Positions 9,078 to 18,829 of a stretch of DNA of 57,734 bases are shown piece after piece. The stretch is from Rhodococcus sp. (in: high G+C Gram-positive bacteria) (GTDB taxonomy: Bacteria; Actinomycetota; Actinomycetes; Mycobacteriales; Mycobacteriaceae): the NCBI RefSeq assembly GCF_049286785.1, contig NZ_JBAQEO010000916.1:1-57734 (forward strand), given 5' to 3'. Each line of letters opens with the position of its first letter. The stretch's first letter is position 1. A model generated the notes under the pieces. That model ran no database searches and was not told where the DNA came from. It saw nothing but the letters and a program-made list of their open reading frames with translations. Position numbers and translations under genes: made by a program.

Positions 9078-9938
9078 TCAGGACTCGGCGAGTCGCTGCT
9101 TCTCCACTTCCACATCGAAGTCGGCGGGTGGCCAGTCGAGTTCGAGTTTCTCCAGGGCGTCGATCAGGAGTTCGGTGACGGCGATCCGGCTGTACCATTT
9201 CCGGTCGCACGGCACGACGTACCAGGGCGCGTACTCGGTGGACGTCTTGTCCAGCATCGCCTGGTAGGCCTCCTGGTATGCGGGCCACAGCTTGCGTTCG
9301 GTGACATCCCCGGGGTTGTACTTCCAGTACTTGTCCGGGCGGTCGAGCCTTTCCTTCAGTCGCGCCTTCTGTTCGTCCAGCGACACGAACATGGCGACCT
9401 TCACCAGCGTCATGCCTTCGGCGACGAGTTCTTTCTCGAACTGGTTGATCTCGTCGTATCGCGCGCTCCACACGCTTTCGGGAACCAGATTGTGGACACG
9501 GACGACCAGGACGTCCTCGTAGTGGGACCGGTCGAACACGCCGAGCTGTCCGCTGCGGGGCAGGGCCTTGTTGACGCGCCACAGGTAGTGGTGCCGTTTC
9601 TCCTCCGGAGTCGGAACACCGAACGATGTGTGGTCGACACCCTGGGGATTGACGTGCCCGATGACGTGCCGGACCATTCCGCCCTTGCCCGCGGTGTCCA
9701 TGCCCTGCAGGACGAGAAGGACCGAGCGGTTGTCACCGGAACGGCCTACGGCGTACAGCTTTTCCTGGAGTGCGGACAATACTGCACCCCGTTCTTCGAG
9801 GAGTCGCTCACCATCGGCCTTGCTGCCCGCGAACCCGGGCGTGCCGCTCCGGTCGAGTTCGAAGATCGGCTGTCCGGGGCGGGCGCGAAGCGCCTCCACC
9901 GGGGGAACCTTCCAGATTCCGCTTGTGCTGTCGTCCAT
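9078..9938 (-). CDS. ppk2: Polyphosphate kinase 2 family protein
   Basis: LQGMDTAGKGG Walker A, FDRSHYEDVLVVRVH, KYWKYNPGD, APWYVVPCDRKW. Confidence 0.92.
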   Translation of the reverse strand: MDDSTSGIWKVPPVEALRARPGQPIFELDRSGTPGFAGSKADGERLLEERGAVLSALQEKLYAVGRSGDNRSVLLVLQGMDTAGKGGMVRHVIGHVNPQGVDHTSFGVPTPEEKRHHYLWRVNKALPRSGQLGVFDRSHYEDVLVVRVHNLVPESVWSARYDEINQFEKELVAEGMTLVKVAMFVSLDEQKARLKERLDRPDKYWKYNPGDVTERKLWPAYQEAYQAMLDKTSTEYAPWYVVPCDRKWYSRIAVTELLIDALEKLELDWPPADFDVEVEKQRLAES

Positions 9939-9968
9939 GTCCAAACAGTGCCACACCGGCGGTTCCGT

Positions 9969-10028
9969 GGGTTCGACTTCACGCGCGCGCGAACGGCCGG
10001 GTTCGAGTTTTACGCGCGCGCGAACGGC
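9969..10028. repeat. Direct repeat (29/30 bp) duplicating the 3' end of the DUF4873 gene
   Basis: GGGTTCGACTTCACGCGCGCGCGAACGGC (9969-9997) and GGGTTCGAGTTTTACGCGCGCGCGAACGGC (9999-10028). Confidence 0.9.
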
Positions 10029-10315
10029 GGCGATGTCACACCGTCCACCAGGTGGCTGCCCCAGAGGTCCACCTCGGTAATGCGAGCGAGGGCTGTGCCT
10101 TCGGGTCCGGTGATCCGCAGTTCGGTACCGGGCGTCAGGTCGGCATCCGCACCGAGCGCGTCGGTCAGGGTACGTACCCGTCCGTGCCAAACGTAGCGTC
10201 CACTGATCGGCTCGAAATGTCCGGCGAGATGAACCTGGACGGTCACGGCCGGAGAACCGTCGACGACCACCTCGGCGAGACCTCGGTAGCCGGCTTCTTC
10301 CTCGGTGTCGTTCAC
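10010..10315 (-). CDS. DUF4873 domain protein
   Basis: YRGLA..VHLAGHFEPISGRYVWHGRV..EVDLWG...GVTSPPF. Confidence 0.8.
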   Translation of the reverse strand: MNDTEEEAGYRGLAEVVVDGSPAVTVQVHLAGHFEPISGRYVWHGRVRTLTDALGADADLTPGTELRITGPEGTALARITEVDLWGSHLVDGVTSPPFARA

Positions 10316-10330
10316 GAACCCGAGTTTACC

Positions 10331-10347
10331 TGTTACCGAAAGTTACA
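10331..10347. promoter_or_regulatory. Candidate TetR-type operator
   Basis: Imperfect dyad TGTTAC-N5-GTTACA between the TetR stop and the DUF4873 start. Confidence 0.4.
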
Positions 10348-10363
10348 CAAGTATGCGGGCGTT

Positions 10364-11098
10364 CTAGTCGGTGGTCTGCGGAAGCAGGGGATGAGGAATC
10401 GAGTTGAAGCGTGCAGGAGAACCGTTGACGGCGGCGATGCCCGCCACACCGCCCCACGTCATCATCGTGAGGTAGTTGATGAGGTCCTCGACGGACATCG
10501 ACCGGTGCGAGATCCACCAGTGGGTGGCCAGTTGCACTCCGCCGACGATCCCGTACGCCCACGGCACCGCGCCGCCCGAGTCCATCTCCATCAGACGTAG
10601 GCGCTCACCGAGAACGGTGGCCAGTACCTCGGCGATCATCCGCTCGGAATCGGCCACGGCATCGCGGCCGGGGCTCGCGCCGTTGGCCGTGATGTAGAGG
10701 TACACGTCGGGGTCCGACGCCACCGTCTCCACATACGCGGTGATCGTGGCGCGGGTCAGTTCGAATTCGTCGAGATCACCGCCGATGGCCTCATAGATCC
10801 GCGGTGCGAGGGTGGTCTCCACGTAGCGTGCCATCGTCGCATTCGTCAAGTCGTTCTTGTCCGCGAAATAGCGGTACAGCACCGTCTTGGACACGCCGAT
10901 CTCGGATGCGATCTCGTCCATGCCGATGTCCCGGCCTCGGAGGCGGACGGCAGCGATCGTTCCGTCGACGAGTTCCTCGCGGCGCGCGATCTTGTGCTCG
11001 CGCCAGCGCCGCTTGCGCCCGTCCGGCTTGGCCGCCTTGTCCGTTTTCGTCGTCGACTCGATTCCTTGCTCGGAAACTGTCACTTCGTCGGTCGCCAC
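10364..11098 (-). CDS. TetR/AcrR family regulator (Rv0472c-like)
   Basis: DGRKRRWREHK, MDEIASEIGVSKTVLYRYFADK HTH; synteny. Confidence 0.9.
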   Translation of the reverse strand: MATDEVTVSEQGIESTTKTDKAAKPDGRKRRWREHKIARREELVDGTIAAVRLRGRDIGMDEIASEIGVSKTVLYRYFADKNDLTNATMARYVETTLAPRIYEAIGGDLDEFELTRATITAYVETVASDPDVYLYITANGASPGRDAVADSERMIAEVLATVLGERLRLMEMDSGGAVPWAYGIVGGVQLATHWWISHRSMSVEDLINYLTMMTWGGVAGIAAVNGSPARFNSIPHPLLPQTTD

Positions 11099-11169
11099 TG
11101 CGTGTAGTCACATCCGTTTCTTCTCGATCTTGACGTCAGCTTAGTGCTCCACTCGTAGCCTTCGGCAGA

Positions 11170-12450
11170 ATGGCTCCTGTGGACCAATTGAGCCTCTCCG
11201 CCGCAGACGACGCCGCAAAGCGCCGGGACCTCCGCAAGATGAAGATCGTGGCGACGGGGTTCCTCGTTCTCGCGACCGTTGTCTATCTCCTGTGCCGGTG
11301 GCAGGAATCGCGCGGGGCGGGGGAGTGGGTCGGCTACGTCCGCTCAGCGTCCGAGGCGGGCATGGTCGGCGCGCTCGCCGACTGGTTCGCGGTGACGGCG
11401 CTGTTCCGCCATCCTCTGGGCCTCCCCATTCCTCACACCGCGATCATCAAGCGGAAGAAGGACCAGCTCGGCGCCAGCCTGAGCAGCTTCGTCGGCCAGA
11501 ACTTCCTGGCACCCGAGGTCGTGTCCGCGAAGGTGGAGGCCGCGCAGGTGCCACTGCGGCTCGGTACCTGGATGGCGCACCCGCCGCACGCCGAGCGGGT
11601 CGCAGCCGAGACGGCCACGATTCTGCGGGGTGTCGTCGAGGTGCTCCGGGACGAGGACGTGCAGCAGATCATCGACAGCACCCTCGTACGCCGACTCGCC
11701 GAACCGGAATGGGGGCCGCCCATCGGACGCGTGCTCGGTGAACTGCTCCGAGAAAATCGTCAGCTGCCCATCCTCGATCTCCTCGCCGAACGTGCGCATC
11801 AATGGGCGCTCGGAAGTCAGGAAACCATCGATCGCATCGTCACTCGGGATTCGCCGGCCTGGTCACCCAAATTCGTCGACGCGATGCTGGGCGAGAAGAT
11901 CCATCGCGAGCTGGTCGAGTTCACCTGGAAGGTGCGGTCCAATCCGGAACACGAGGTACGCCAGGCTGCAAATCGATTCCTGGTGGACTTCGCCGACGAT
12001 CTGCAGAACGATCCGGCCACCAAGGAGAAGGCCGAGAAGATCAAGGCCGAGATCATGGGCCGGGAGGAAGTGACGGGGCTCGCCGCCGCGACGTGGACGG
12101 TGGCGAAGCGGCTCATCATGGAATCCGTCGACGACCCGAACAGCACACTGCGAACCAAGGTCGCAGAAAATGTCGTGCGGCTCGGTGAGAGATTGCGCGA
12201 CGACGTGGAGCTTCGGACGAAGGTCGACGGGTGGCTTCGGGCCGGAACGCGCTACGTCGCCGTCCACTACACGGACGAGATCACCGGAGTCATCTCCGAC
12301 ACCGTCGAGCGGTGGGACGCAGAGGAAGCAAGCAAGAAGATCGAGCTCCAGGTGGGCCGGGATCTGCAATTCATTCGCATCAACGGCACCGTGGTCGGAT
12401 CGGTCGCGGGACTTGCGATCTACACGGTGTCGACGCTCCTGTTCGGTTGA
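11170..12450 (+). CDS. DUF445 family membrane protein
   Basis: EAGMVGALADWFAVTALFRHPLGLPIPHTAII, IELQVGRDLQFIRINGTVVG. Confidence 0.92.
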   Translation: MAPVDQLSLSAADDAAKRRDLRKMKIVATGFLVLATVVYLLCRWQESRGAGEWVGYVRSASEAGMVGALADWFAVTALFRHPLGLPIPHTAIIKRKKDQLGASLSSFVGQNFLAPEVVSAKVEAAQVPLRLGTWMAHPPHAERVAAETATILRGVVEVLRDEDVQQIIDSTLVRRLAEPEWGPPIGRVLGELLRENRQLPILDLLAERAHQWALGSQETIDRIVTRDSPAWSPKFVDAMLGEKIHRELVEFTWKVRSNPEHEVRQAANRFLVDFADDLQNDPATKEKAEKIKAEIMGREEVTGLAAATWTVAKRLIMESVDDPNSTLRTKVAENVVRLGERLRDDVELRTKVDGWLRAGTRYVAVHYTDEITGVISDTVERWDAEEASKKIELQVGRDLQFIRINGTVVGSVAGLAIYTVSTLLFG

Positions 12451-12483
12451 GCGTTCCAGCGGCGCCTCCCGGGCGCTAACAGA

Positions 12484-12503
12484 GTGCTTGCAATTGCTAG
12501 CAC
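12484..12503. promoter_or_regulatory. Palindromic operator upstream of the XRE regulator-hbhA/tadA operon
   Basis: GTGCTTGCAATTGCTAGCAC is self-complementary at 18 of 20 positions; TAGGCT -10-like box at 12511. Confidence 0.7.
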
Positions 12504-12543
12504 CCTGTTCTAGGCTTGGTGGTGCCCAGCAAACGGAGGAGCG

Positions 12544-13044
12544 ATGGCAAGCGAAGATCGTGATGCTGCCGGTGCCGGCGATCTGGCGACGCGTGTAGTG
12601 ACGAATGCGGCCCACGACATCGGGGGTTTCATTCGTGCGCAACGTGAAGCTGCGCAGGTCTCGATGCGTCAGTTGGCACAGCTTGCCGGGGTCAGCAATC
12701 CATATCTGAGTCAGATCGAGCGTGGGTTGCGCAAGCCTTCGGCAGAAGTCCTTGCGCAGATAGCCAAGGGTCTCCGGGTGTCCTCGGAGGTCCTGTATGT
12801 CCAGGCGGGGTATCTCGAGCAAAGGCCCCACGGTCCGATCCGCGACGCCCTGCTCACGGACACGGCCATCACCGAGCGGCAGAAGCAGGTGTTGCTCGAA
12901 ATCTATGAATCCTTCTGTCGTGAGAACGAAGCGACGGTGGCGGCGCAGCGCCGTGCCGACGACATGCATGCAGAAGATCGCCAGCGTTCTGAATCCCAGA
13001 CGCCGGAACCCCTCATCGTTGAACAGGAGAAAGCCGATGACTGA
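12544..13044 (+). CDS. XRE-family HTH regulator (Rv0474/MLDSR-like)
   Basis: IRAQREAAQVSMRQLAQLAGVSNPYLSQIERGLRKPSAEVL. Confidence 0.9.
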   Translation: MASEDRDAAGAGDLATRVVTNAAHDIGGFIRAQREAAQVSMRQLAQLAGVSNPYLSQIERGLRKPSAEVLAQIAKGLRVSSEVLYVQAGYLEQRPHGPIRDALLTDTAITERQKQVLLEIYESFCRENEATVAAQRRADDMHAEDRQRSESQTPEPLIVEQEKADD

Positions 13045-13882
13045 CGAGAAGACCAAGGACAGCGTCAAGACCTCGCTCTACGCCGCAGTGGGTGCCGGCG
13101 ACGTAGTGGTGCAGGCCGTGGCCGACGTGGTCGCCCAGGTACGTTCGCGGGCCGAGGCGACTCAGGGAGATGTCGAAGGTCGCGTGGGCGAGGCCCGCGG
13201 ACGTTTCGCAGAACTCCAGGAGGGCGTCGAGAGCCTGCGCGATCGACTGGCCGGTCTCCCTTCCGAGCTGCCCGAAGAACTCGCCGAGCTGCGAGAGAAG
13301 TTCACCGCGGACGAGCTGCGCAAGGTGGCCGAGGCGTACCTGAAGGTTGCCTCCGATCTGTACACCTCCCTCGCGGAGCGTGGCGAGGACGCCGTCGAGC
13401 GCATCCGGAAGCAACCCGTCGTCGGCGAGCAGATCGAGCGCGCAGAGGCGGCACTCGGTGAAGCGGTGGAACTGACCGAGGAAGCTCTCGGCACGGTAGC
13501 CCGTCAGACGCGTGCCGTGGGCGAGCAGGCCGCCAAGTTGGCCGGTCGCGCTTCGGGTCGTATCTCCGACACTGCAGAGGGGCTCGGCGAGGCCATCGCG
13601 GACGCCGGCGACGAGGCTGCCATCCGGGTGCTCGACCTGGGTGATCAGGCTCAGGGAGTGTCCGAGGAAGCCGCCGAGCGCGTAGAGGCCACCGCTGCGG
13701 GAGTGGAGGCTCGCGCCGAGACAGCGAAGAAGTCGGCTGACCAGCAGGCCGCCCCGGCCAAGAAGGCGCCCGCCAAGGCCGCTCCGGCGAAGGCTGCTCC
13801 GGCGAAGGCTGCTGCCGCGGCTCCCGCAACTCCCGCCGGCAAGGCGGCCCCCGCGAAGAAGGCTCCGCCGAAGAAGGCCTGA
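13037..13882 (+). CDS. hbhA: HBHA-family protein (lipid-droplet protein TadA/MLDS in Rhodococcus)
   Basis: SLYAAVGAGD, LREKFTADELRKVAEAY, C-terminal PAKKA/PAKAA repeats; AGGAG RBS. Confidence 0.88.
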   Translation: MTDEKTKDSVKTSLYAAVGAGDVVVQAVADVVAQVRSRAEATQGDVEGRVGEARGRFAELQEGVESLRDRLAGLPSELPEELAELREKFTADELRKVAEAYLKVASDLYTSLAERGEDAVERIRKQPVVGEQIERAEAALGEAVELTEEALGTVARQTRAVGEQAAKLAGRASGRISDTAEGLGEAIADAGDEAAIRVLDLGDQAQGVSEEAAERVEATAAGVEARAETAKKSADQQAAPAKKAPAKAAPAKAAPAKAAAAAPATPAGKAAPAKKAPPKKA

Positions 13883-13897
13883 TCTTCTGCGTCGTAT

Positions 13898-13926
13898 CGG
13901 CCTCCGCACGTTCGGTGCGGGGGCCG
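13898..13926 (+). terminator. Hairpin after hbhA
   Basis: CGGCCTCCGCAC-gttcg-GTGCGGGGGCCG. Confidence 0.65.
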
Positions 13927-13955
13927 TTCGCGTGCCGACCTCGTAGGATGGTGCT

Positions 13956-14249
13956 GTGATTGAAGTTGACGGCATCGTCTCGGTGATCTTGTGGGTAATT
14001 CGTATCGTCGCCCTCGGTGCGGCGGCATTCGCCCTGTTTCACGCAGCGCGCCAGCGCAAGGACGCCTTCACTGCGGTCGATAAATTGAGCAAGCCGATCT
14101 GGCTGAGCATCCTGGCCGTTGCGCTCCTCGTGCTCCTGGTCTTTCCCGTTGTGCAACTCTTCGGCATCGTCGCGGTGGTGGCGGTCTGTGTCTATCTCGT
14201 CGACGTCCGCCCGCGTGTCGACGACATTCAGCGCGGTCCTCGCTGGTAG
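13956..14249 (+). CDS. DUF2516 family membrane protein
   Basis: HAARQRKDAFTAVDKLSKPIWLSIL..VYLVDVRPRV. Confidence 0.88.
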   Translation: MIEVDGIVSVILWVIRIVALGAAAFALFHAARQRKDAFTAVDKLSKPIWLSILAVALLVLLVFPVVQLFGIVAVVAVCVYLVDVRPRVDDIQRGPRW

Positions 14250-14293
14250 CCCGGTAACCCCCGAACGGGTCCGGGTGTTTCCGTGCCCAAACG

Positions 14294-14324
14294 ATGACAA
14301 TGAGCATTGTGACAATGATAGTGT
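14294..14324 (+). promoter_or_regulatory. Promoter with nested dyads, MerR-type operator candidate
   Basis: ACAATG-ag-CATTGT-g-ACAATG between ATGACA (-35-like) and TAGTGT (-10-like), 19-bp spacer. Confidence 0.5.
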
Positions 14325-14355
14325 GAAACACGGCGAGGATCACCGAGGAGCTGAG

Positions 14356-14499
14356 ATGTCTACGCGCGCTGCCAAGTCGAATCGGCACTACCACGACATG
14401 ATTCGTAAGGGTTGTTCCACGACCGTCGTGGTTCTCGACGCGGTGGGATTCGTCGGTGGTCCGTCCCGTCTGCTTCCGCGAAGGGCCCACATCGTCTGA
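14356..14499 (+). CDS. 47-aa upstream ORF coupled to the MerR gene
   Basis: GAGGAG RBS, ATG 14356, stop overlaps the MerR start as TGATG. Confidence 0.45.
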   Translation: MSTRAAKSNRHYHDMIRKGCSTTVVVLDAVGFVGGPSRLLPRRAHIV

Positions 14500-15269
14500 T
14501 GAAGGAATACCGGATAGACGACCTCGCCCGCGAAGCGCGAGTGAGCGTCCGCAACGTTCGCGTGTATCAGGACCGCGGATTGCTGCCGCCCCCCCGGAAG
14601 CAGGGCCGCACCGGTTGGTACAATGAGGCGCATCTCGCGCGGTTGCACCTCATCGGACGGATGCTCGACCGCGGGTATACCTTCGCCACCATCAGCGAAC
14701 TGCTCTCGGCAGCCCACTACGGACTCCAGGTCAAGGACGTACTCGAGACCGACGACCCCGGCAGTCGCTGGCGAAACCGTCGTCGGGCGGCCCGGGTGTC
14801 GTTGTCGGAACTGCGGCGCATGTTCGGCGCGCAGACCACGGCGGCAAACATCGCGCGGGGAACCGACCTCGGTGTTCTCGCGCCCACCGGGGATGACTAC
14901 TCCGTCGACAACCCGCATCTGGTCGAGGCTGCGCGGGTGCTCGTCGAGGCGGGTGTCCCTCTCGACGACGTCCTCGAACAGACCGAGGCGGTTCACCGGG
15001 GACTCACCGACGTCGCCGCGAGATTCGTGGGGGTGGTAGCTGAACGTTATCTCGCCGCCGAGGGCGAGACCCTCGATCTCGACGAATCGACGGTCACCGA
15101 GATCGCGAAGCTCGTCGACCGCATGCGACCACTCGCACACGACGTCGTCGAGACCATGTTCGAGGCGGCGATGGAAGAGCAGATCTCGAAGGCTCTGAGC
15201 GCAGCCGCCCGGCAACTCGGGGAGAAGACCGCCGCCGAGCGCAGCGGCGACACGAACCGCGCAAGTTGA
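14499..15269 (+). CDS. MerR family transcriptional regulator
   Basis: YRIDDLAREARVSVRNVRVYQDRGLLPPPRKQGRTGWYNEAHLARL. Confidence 0.9.
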   Translation: MKEYRIDDLAREARVSVRNVRVYQDRGLLPPPRKQGRTGWYNEAHLARLHLIGRMLDRGYTFATISELLSAAHYGLQVKDVLETDDPGSRWRNRRRAARVSLSELRRMFGAQTTAANIARGTDLGVLAPTGDDYSVDNPHLVEAARVLVEAGVPLDDVLEQTEAVHRGLTDVAARFVGVVAERYLAAEGETLDLDESTVTEIAKLVDRMRPLAHDVVETMFEAAMEEQISKALSAAARQLGEKTAAERSGDTNRAS

Positions 15270-15301
15270 CACCACTTCTTCCGAATATGTCAGGGGTAAG
15301 C

Positions 15302-16333
15302 ATGACCAGTAGTTCGCGCACCACCGCTCTCGGGGCCCTCGTCGGGGTGACCGGAGTGGGCGCAGCCTTCGCCATGGGCGCGGCGTTCCGACGACGGCGC
15401 GCCACCCGTGGATTGACGCTCTCCAGCGAGGTTCCGCCGAACGAGTTGCTGCAGACGCCGACCCATGACTTCGAGGTGACCGAGATCGTCACCGACGACG
15501 GAGCCACCCTGCACGTGCGCGCATACGGGCCCGAGGACGGTCATCCCATCGTGTTCAGTCACGGCTGGACGTGCTCGATCGAGTACTGGCATCCCCAGGT
15601 GAACGCCCTTGCCTCCGAATACCGGGTTATCACTTATGACCAGCGCGGTCACGGGCGCAGCACGGTGGGCACCCTTCCTCTGGGGCCCGACGTACTCGCG
15701 CACGATCTGGGCGAGGTGCTGAAGGTCACCGTGCGTGAGGACCGGAAGGCCGTGCTCGTCGGCCACAGCATGGGCGGCATGAGCATCATGGCGTGGGCGG
15801 GCAGGTACCCGCACCATGTGAAGAAGTACGCGTCCGCGGTGCTGCTCGCCAGCACCGCCAGCGACCGGCTCATCGCCGAGACCACCGTCATCCCATTGCC
15901 GAATCGCTTTCCCCGGGTCCCGGTGAATGTCGGTCGCGCAATCCTGAAGACACCGATGCCGCTGGTGTCGTCGCCGGTGATCACGAGGGCCATCCAGTAC
16001 GTGTCGATGTCGCCCAATGCGACTCCGGCCGAAGTGCAGTTCTGCGAGAACATCGTCCGGGGCTGCCATCCGCGTGTGCGCGGCGGTTGGGGAGCCGCGC
16101 TCAGCGCACTCGACATCAACCACGCTCTGGACAAGCTGGAAGTTCCGAGCAGTGTGCTGGTGGGATCCATGGACCGGCTGACCCCGCCCGTGCACGCTCA
16201 CAAATTGGCGCGGGTCCTCGAGGAGGCCGGAAATCTTGCGCGTCTCATCGTGCTGCCCGGAGTCGGGCACATGACCTCGGTCGAGAGCGTCGACGAATTC
16301 AACAAGGAGATCGTCCGGCTGCGCAATCTGTGA
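15302..16333 (+). CDS. Alpha/beta hydrolase
   Basis: HGWTC, YDQRGHGRS, GHSMGG nucleophile elbow, D-RLTP, GH. Confidence 0.9.
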   Translation: MTSSSRTTALGALVGVTGVGAAFAMGAAFRRRRATRGLTLSSEVPPNELLQTPTHDFEVTEIVTDDGATLHVRAYGPEDGHPIVFSHGWTCSIEYWHPQVNALASEYRVITYDQRGHGRSTVGTLPLGPDVLAHDLGEVLKVTVREDRKAVLVGHSMGGMSIMAWAGRYPHHVKKYASAVLLASTASDRLIAETTVIPLPNRFPRVPVNVGRAILKTPMPLVSSPVITRAIQYVSMSPNATPAEVQFCENIVRGCHPRVRGGWGAALSALDINHALDKLEVPSSVLVGSMDRLTPPVHAHKLARVLEEAGNLARLIVLPGVGHMTSVESVDEFNKEIVRLRNL

Positions 16334-16346
16334 GCGCCGGCCTCCG

Positions 16347-17231
16347 CTAGCTGAAAACCACTGTCTTGCGACCGTGCACGAGGACGCGATCCTCGAGATG
16401 CCAGCGGAGGCCACGCGAGAGCACCAGTTTCTCGATGTCGCGGCCCTGCCGGACCATGTCCGCGACCTCGTCGGCGTGGTCGACTCGGATGACGTCCTGC
16501 TCGATGATCGGTCCTGCGTCGAGTTCGGCCGTGACGTAGTGGCAGGTGGCGCCGATCAGCTTCACGCCGCGCGCGAACGCCTGATGGTAGGGGCGTGCGC
16601 CGACGAACGACGGCAGGAAGCTGTGGTGGATGTTGATGGCACGCCCCGCCCAGTGCTCACACAGTTCCGACGGTAGTACCTGCATGAATCGGGCCAGCAC
16701 GACCGCGTGCGGGTCGTGTGCGTCCACCAGTTCGCGGACCTGTTCGAACGCCGGTCCCCGCTCCGCCGGATCCTTGGGGAACGGCACGTGGTGGAAGTCG
16801 ATCCCGTGGCGGCGCGTGACCGGCTCGAGATCGGCGTGATTGCCGATCACCGCGCAGATCTCAGCCGGCAGTTCACCTCCCGCGGCGCGGCCGAGCAGAT
16901 CGTGCAGACAGTGCGCTTCCTTGCTGACCAGCAGGACGACGCGTTTGCGTTCGCCGGTGTCCGACACCGTCCACTCCGTCTCCGGCCCGAGTTCCGCTGC
17001 CACGACGGCGAACCGTTCACGGAGTTCGTCGACCGTCATGTCGATCGACGAGGCGCGCACGGCCTGACGGGTGAAGAACCAGCCGGTGTCGGCATCGGCG
17101 TGGTACGCGGCCTCCACGATCCAACCGCCTACGTCGGCCAGGAACGTCGAGATCCGGGCCACGATGCCGGTGCGATCAGGGCAGCCGAGAGACAGAACGT
17201 ACTTGTGGTCCTCGGGTGAAGCGGTGCTCAT
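16347..17231 (-). CDS. purU: Formyltetrahydrofolate deformylase
   Basis: CPDRTGIVA, VLARFMQVL, INIHHSFLPSFVGARPYHQA, GVKLIGATCHYVT. Confidence 0.96.
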   Translation of the reverse strand: MSTASPEDHKYVLSLGCPDRTGIVARISTFLADVGGWIVEAAYHADADTGWFFTRQAVRASSIDMTVDELRERFAVVAAELGPETEWTVSDTGERKRVVLLVSKEAHCLHDLLGRAAGGELPAEICAVIGNHADLEPVTRRHGIDFHHVPFPKDPAERGPAFEQVRELVDAHDPHAVVLARFMQVLPSELCEHWAGRAINIHHSFLPSFVGARPYHQAFARGVKLIGATCHYVTAELDAGPIIEQDVIRVDHADEVADMVRQGRDIEKLVLSRGLRWHLEDRVLVHGRKTVVFS

Positions 17232-17243
17232 ACCGACAGTCTT

Positions 17244-18080
17244 TCAGGTTGCCGAGAACCCCTCGACGACGGCGGTGCCCACCAGTGTGCCGGCGTCGAT
17301 GTGGTGTATCGCCCGCTCGGTCATCAGCGTGAGGAAATCGAGTCGGATGGCCTCGACCGTCGCGGGATCGAATGGTGCGAGAGCGCCGCGCATCGCCCCG
17401 CCCAGTACGAGGTCCCACGCGAACTCCGGTGTCGCGGGGATGATGTTGGAAAGTTCCCGTACCTCGGTCGAGTGGGTTCCCAGTTCACCCAGCCAGTGGC
17501 GGAGTCGGTCCGGGGTGTCGAGGTGTTCGAGCGGATCGAACGGTGCGGCCGTGTGTGGTTCGGGTTCCCCTGTCCGATGGCGGCCGACCGCGTCGAAGAA
17601 CGCGCCCGCGAAATCACGCAGGGCGCCCCGGCGCCAGACCGTGATCCCGACTCTGCCGCCGGGACGAACCAAGCCGGTGAGGCGGGTGAAATCGGCATCC
17701 ATATGGGGGAGGAAGAAGACGCCGTAGGAGCAGGCGAGCGCGTCGTAACCGTCGGCCGGCACGGTACTCGGAGGCTCCCAGGTGGTGGCGTCCGCGCACA
17801 CGAACTCGATGTTCTGAAGACCACGCTCCGACGCGGTCAACCGTCCCAGCTCGAGCAGTTCGTCGGACAGGTCGATGGCATGGACCAACCCTGACGGACC
17901 CACCGCCGTCGCGGCCGGAAGGGCGGAAGAGCCGGCGCCGCAACACACGTCGAGAACGGCGTCGCCGGGGCCGAGGCCGAGTTGGAAGACGAGGGACTGT
18001 CCCGCGGGTGCCCACACCGCCGTGGTCAGGCGGTCGAATTCGCGCCGCGCAGCGTTGAACACCGATCCCGGATCGCTCAT
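17244..18080 (-). CDS. Class I SAM-dependent methyltransferase
   Basis: VLDVCCGAG motif I, AIDLS, VRPGGRV. Confidence 0.88.
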   Translation of the reverse strand: MSDPGSVFNAARREFDRLTTAVWAPAGQSLVFQLGLGPGDAVLDVCCGAGSSALPAATAVGPSGLVHAIDLSDELLELGRLTASERGLQNIEFVCADATTWEPPSTVPADGYDALACSYGVFFLPHMDADFTRLTGLVRPGGRVGITVWRRGALRDFAGAFFDAVGRHRTGEPEPHTAAPFDPLEHLDTPDRLRHWLGELGTHSTEVRELSNIIPATPEFAWDLVLGGAMRGALAPFDPATVEAIRLDFLTLMTERAIHHIDAGTLVGTAVVEGFSAT

Positions 18081-18138
18081 ACGGGGAATGCTAGGCCGTA
18101 TCGGGGGCCGCCGACGGTGTTGTGCGAAGCTCACAGGT

Positions 18139-18804
18139 ATGCCCGCCGCTGCCCTGACCCGTTCCCAGGTCGCCGACATGGTCGACCACACGCTCCTCAA
18201 GCCGGAAGCCACCGCGGACGACGTGCGCGCTCTGATAGACGAGGCGCGTGCGCTCGGTGTTCTCGCGGTCTGCGTCTCACCGTCGATGCTGCCCGTCCGC
18301 GCACCCGGACTGGTGACCGCAGCAGTGGTCGGGTTCCCCTCCGGCAAGCATCATTCGCTCGTCAAGGGGGCCGAGGCCCGGCTGGCGGTGGACCAGGGTG
18401 CGCAGGAGATCGACATGGTGATCGATATCGGTGCCGCCGTGGCCGGCGACTTCAACGCCGTACTCGCCGACGTCCTCACCGTCCGGGAGGCCATCGGCGA
18501 CGGTCCGGTGCTCAAGGTGATCCTCGAAACCGCGGTGCTCACCGATCACGCGATCGTGGAGTCGTGCCGTGCCGCGGAACGCGCCGGCGCGAACTTCGTG
18601 AAGACCTCCACCGGATTCCACCCGGCCGGCGGCGCCACCGTGGAGGCGGTGCGTCTGATGGCGCAGACCGTCGGTGGACGGATCGGCGTCAAGGCGAGCG
18701 GAGGCATCCGCACCACTCAGGCGGCGCTCGACATGATCGAGGCCGGGGCCACACGACTGGGCCTGTCGGGCACGCGGGGTGTTCTCGAGGGCTTGCCCGA
18801 CTGA
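18139..18804 (+). CDS. deoC: Deoxyribose-phosphate aldolase
   Basis: [41 protein letters not shown]. Confidence 0.96.
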   Translation: MPAAALTRSQVADMVDHTLLKPEATADDVRALIDEARALGVLAVCVSPSMLPVRAPGLVTAAVVGFPSGKHHSLVKGAEARLAVDQGAQEIDMVIDIGAAVAGDFNAVLADVLTVREAIGDGPVLKVILETAVLTDHAIVESCRAAERAGANFVKTSTGFHPAGGATVEAVRLMAQTVGGRIGVKASGGIRTTQAALDMIEAGATRLGLSGTRGVLEGLPD

Positions 18805-18829
18805 CGGCTCGGAGGGCTTGCCCGGCTGA
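18787..18829 (+). repeat. 18-bp direct repeat of the deoC 3' end
   Basis: GAGGGCTTGCCCGACTGA (18787-18804, includes the stop) and GAGGGCTTGCCCGGCTGA (18812-18829). Confidence 0.9.
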
